From Paragordius varius (taxonomy: Eukaryota; Animalia; Nematomorpha), in contig OZ176053.1 of the NCBI GenBank assembly GCA_964247055.1, forward strand, positions 2,976,001 through 3,040,000: a DNA stretch of 64,000 nt. Reading direction: 5' to 3'. Numbering within the stretch: the first letter of the stretch is position 1; each line of letters starts with the position of its first letter. This document shows positions 62,248 through 64,000 of the stretch, one piece after another. The notes under the pieces are model-generated. The model made no database searches. It saw only the letters and a list, made by a program, of their open reading frames with translations, and was not told the DNA's origin. The position numbers and the translations under genes were made by a program.

Positions 62248-64000
62248 GTTCAAAAAAATTTATATTATAAAACTTTAAAATAAAATCGGTAATTTATTTT
62301 ACTGATATACTATGAATAGAAATGCTTGAAATGATAATTTGGGTAAAAGTCCTATATGATAAATTTATTTCAAGATGATATAGAAATTAATAGAACATAC
62401 GTAATACAATATATTCTTTACTTTATTATATCAGAATTTATTGAAAAATGTATATTATTATATAATTATTAGATAAATGATCTAAATACACAAATCAATA
62501 CATAAACCTAAGTATAGTTTTTTTTTCGATATCATTCTTATAAAATGACGAAAAGTCAATAATATTGACTAAAAGTAATTTTGAAGTAAATTTTGATCGC
62601 TATTTCTCGAATGTATTGTTGATTACACAATCCTAGGTCAACATAACGTAAAATAATTGGTATTTTTTGTAATATTGCATAACCTATATTAAAAACAAAG
62701 AGTAAAATCAACCCACATTTTGGGGATATTTTAGGGACCCAAATTTTTACACGTTTTTGTAAAAATGACCTTTTGCTCCTTACTTGGGCATACACACATA
62801 TAAAAAAATTTTATTAACGGGAAAACATAAATAAATATACCATTTGCACTTCAAGAGTTTCCTTGAACACTTCAAGTTGGACCTTGAACATTTCAAGTTG
62901 GTCCGTAAAATTTTAAATTTTAATTTAACCATAATATTTTCATTTATTTTTTATTTCATTATTAAACCTAATTTTCTTTATATTGTTAATTCATTTAAAA
63001 AAAATTTTTATTTAAAAACCACTTAAAAGTTGATATTGATTTTAAATTTTTGCTAAATAATAGAAAATAGGCTAAAAACGATAAAATCGATGAATGATAT
63101 ACGATTTGATTTATAAAAGTTAAAAACAAAACAAAAAAGTCAATAAACCAATGAAGTTTTAAAGGACCAACTTGAAGTGTCCAAGGACACTCTTGAAGTG
63201 CAAATGGTATATGTTATGGTTTAAAAATTTTGAATTTTAGTATATTATTTCGATAAAATAATTACAATCTAATAGAAAAATGTATCAGGATATGGCGAGG
63301 GTGATTTCAGTTACTAATACAATAATCGTGAATTCGCATATCAGATGTTAAATTTTTTATGGAAGCCATATGCTCCAATTTAAGCTGGATCGGTTGAAGA
63401 AATCAAGAAAATGCTAAAACTACTTAGTTACTTGATTTTGATTAAATAAAATATTTTGTTATAATAAGTATTTACTTATAGATATTTATTGCATATAAAG
63501 TTTTCTCATACTATACCATTTTCAAGAGTTTCTTTGAACACTTCAAGTTGGTCCTTGATCACTTCAAGTTTGTCCTTAAAATTTTTATATTTTGATTTAA
63601 CCATAATTTTTGCATTTAATTTTCTATTTTATTATTTTTTACCCTAATTTTCTTTATTTATTATATATTTATTCATTTAAAATGAAAATTTTATTTAAAA
63701 ACCACTTTTTTGTTTCAAACTAATTTTTTTCCAATTTAACAAATGTTTTTGATGAAAAATTGTAAATAATAACCCAACAAACTTATATATTTTTTACGTG
63801 TTAAAATCTTACAAATATCCAAAATTATCAGAAATAAATAAAGATATACGGTTTCTCAATGATTAAAAGTTGATATTGATTTAAAATTTATTGTAAATAA
63901 TAGAAAATAGGTTAAAAATAATAAAATAGATGAATGATACACGAGTTGATTGATAAAAGTTAAAAACAAAACAAAAATATTTAAGGACCAGCTTGAAATG

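Larger units (their letters stand above)
15280..64000. repeat. Tandem segmental duplication: ~15.3-31.4 kb versus ~36.8-64 kb (direct orientation)
   Basis: Collinear matches: 15.28-16.15 = 36.84-37.74; 18.7-19.44 = 38.8-43.35 minus inserts; 19.43-21.55 = 51.58-53.64; 21.62-24.55 = 56.40-59.49; 26.47-30.87 = 59.71-62.83 kb. Differences are mostly copy-specific TE insertions. Confidence 0.9.

Overview
Strongly AT-rich animal (metazoan) genomic DNA; species not identifiable from the sequence alone. The first 10.8 kb hold three tightly packed minus-strand genes: intronless MEK1/2 (MAP2K), intronless MED27, and an intron-rich SMC5 that runs off the left edge. The first four SMC5 introns are only 22-37 nt, and most of the longer ones carry MITEs. 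The remaining ~53 kb looks like a gene desert in the ORF track. It appears instead to be two tandem, diverged copies of one block (about 15.3-31.4 kb and 36.8-64 kb). Comparing the copies reveals an 8-exon minus-strand gene in each, encoding a ~315-318 aa secreted, N-glycosylated protein with an FN3-like N-terminal domain; all exons are shorter than 60 codons. Each copy has been independently invaded by transposons. These include a near-intact RTE LINE plus a 5'-truncated copy, an older RTE with nested Tc1/hAT/foldback elements, a possibly intact Buster-type hAT, piggyBac-like and TA-target MITEs, and DINE-1/Helentron-like elements with ~160-bp central tandem repeats. All gene models and substitution counts were derived by hand and need RNA-seq and alignment confirmation.
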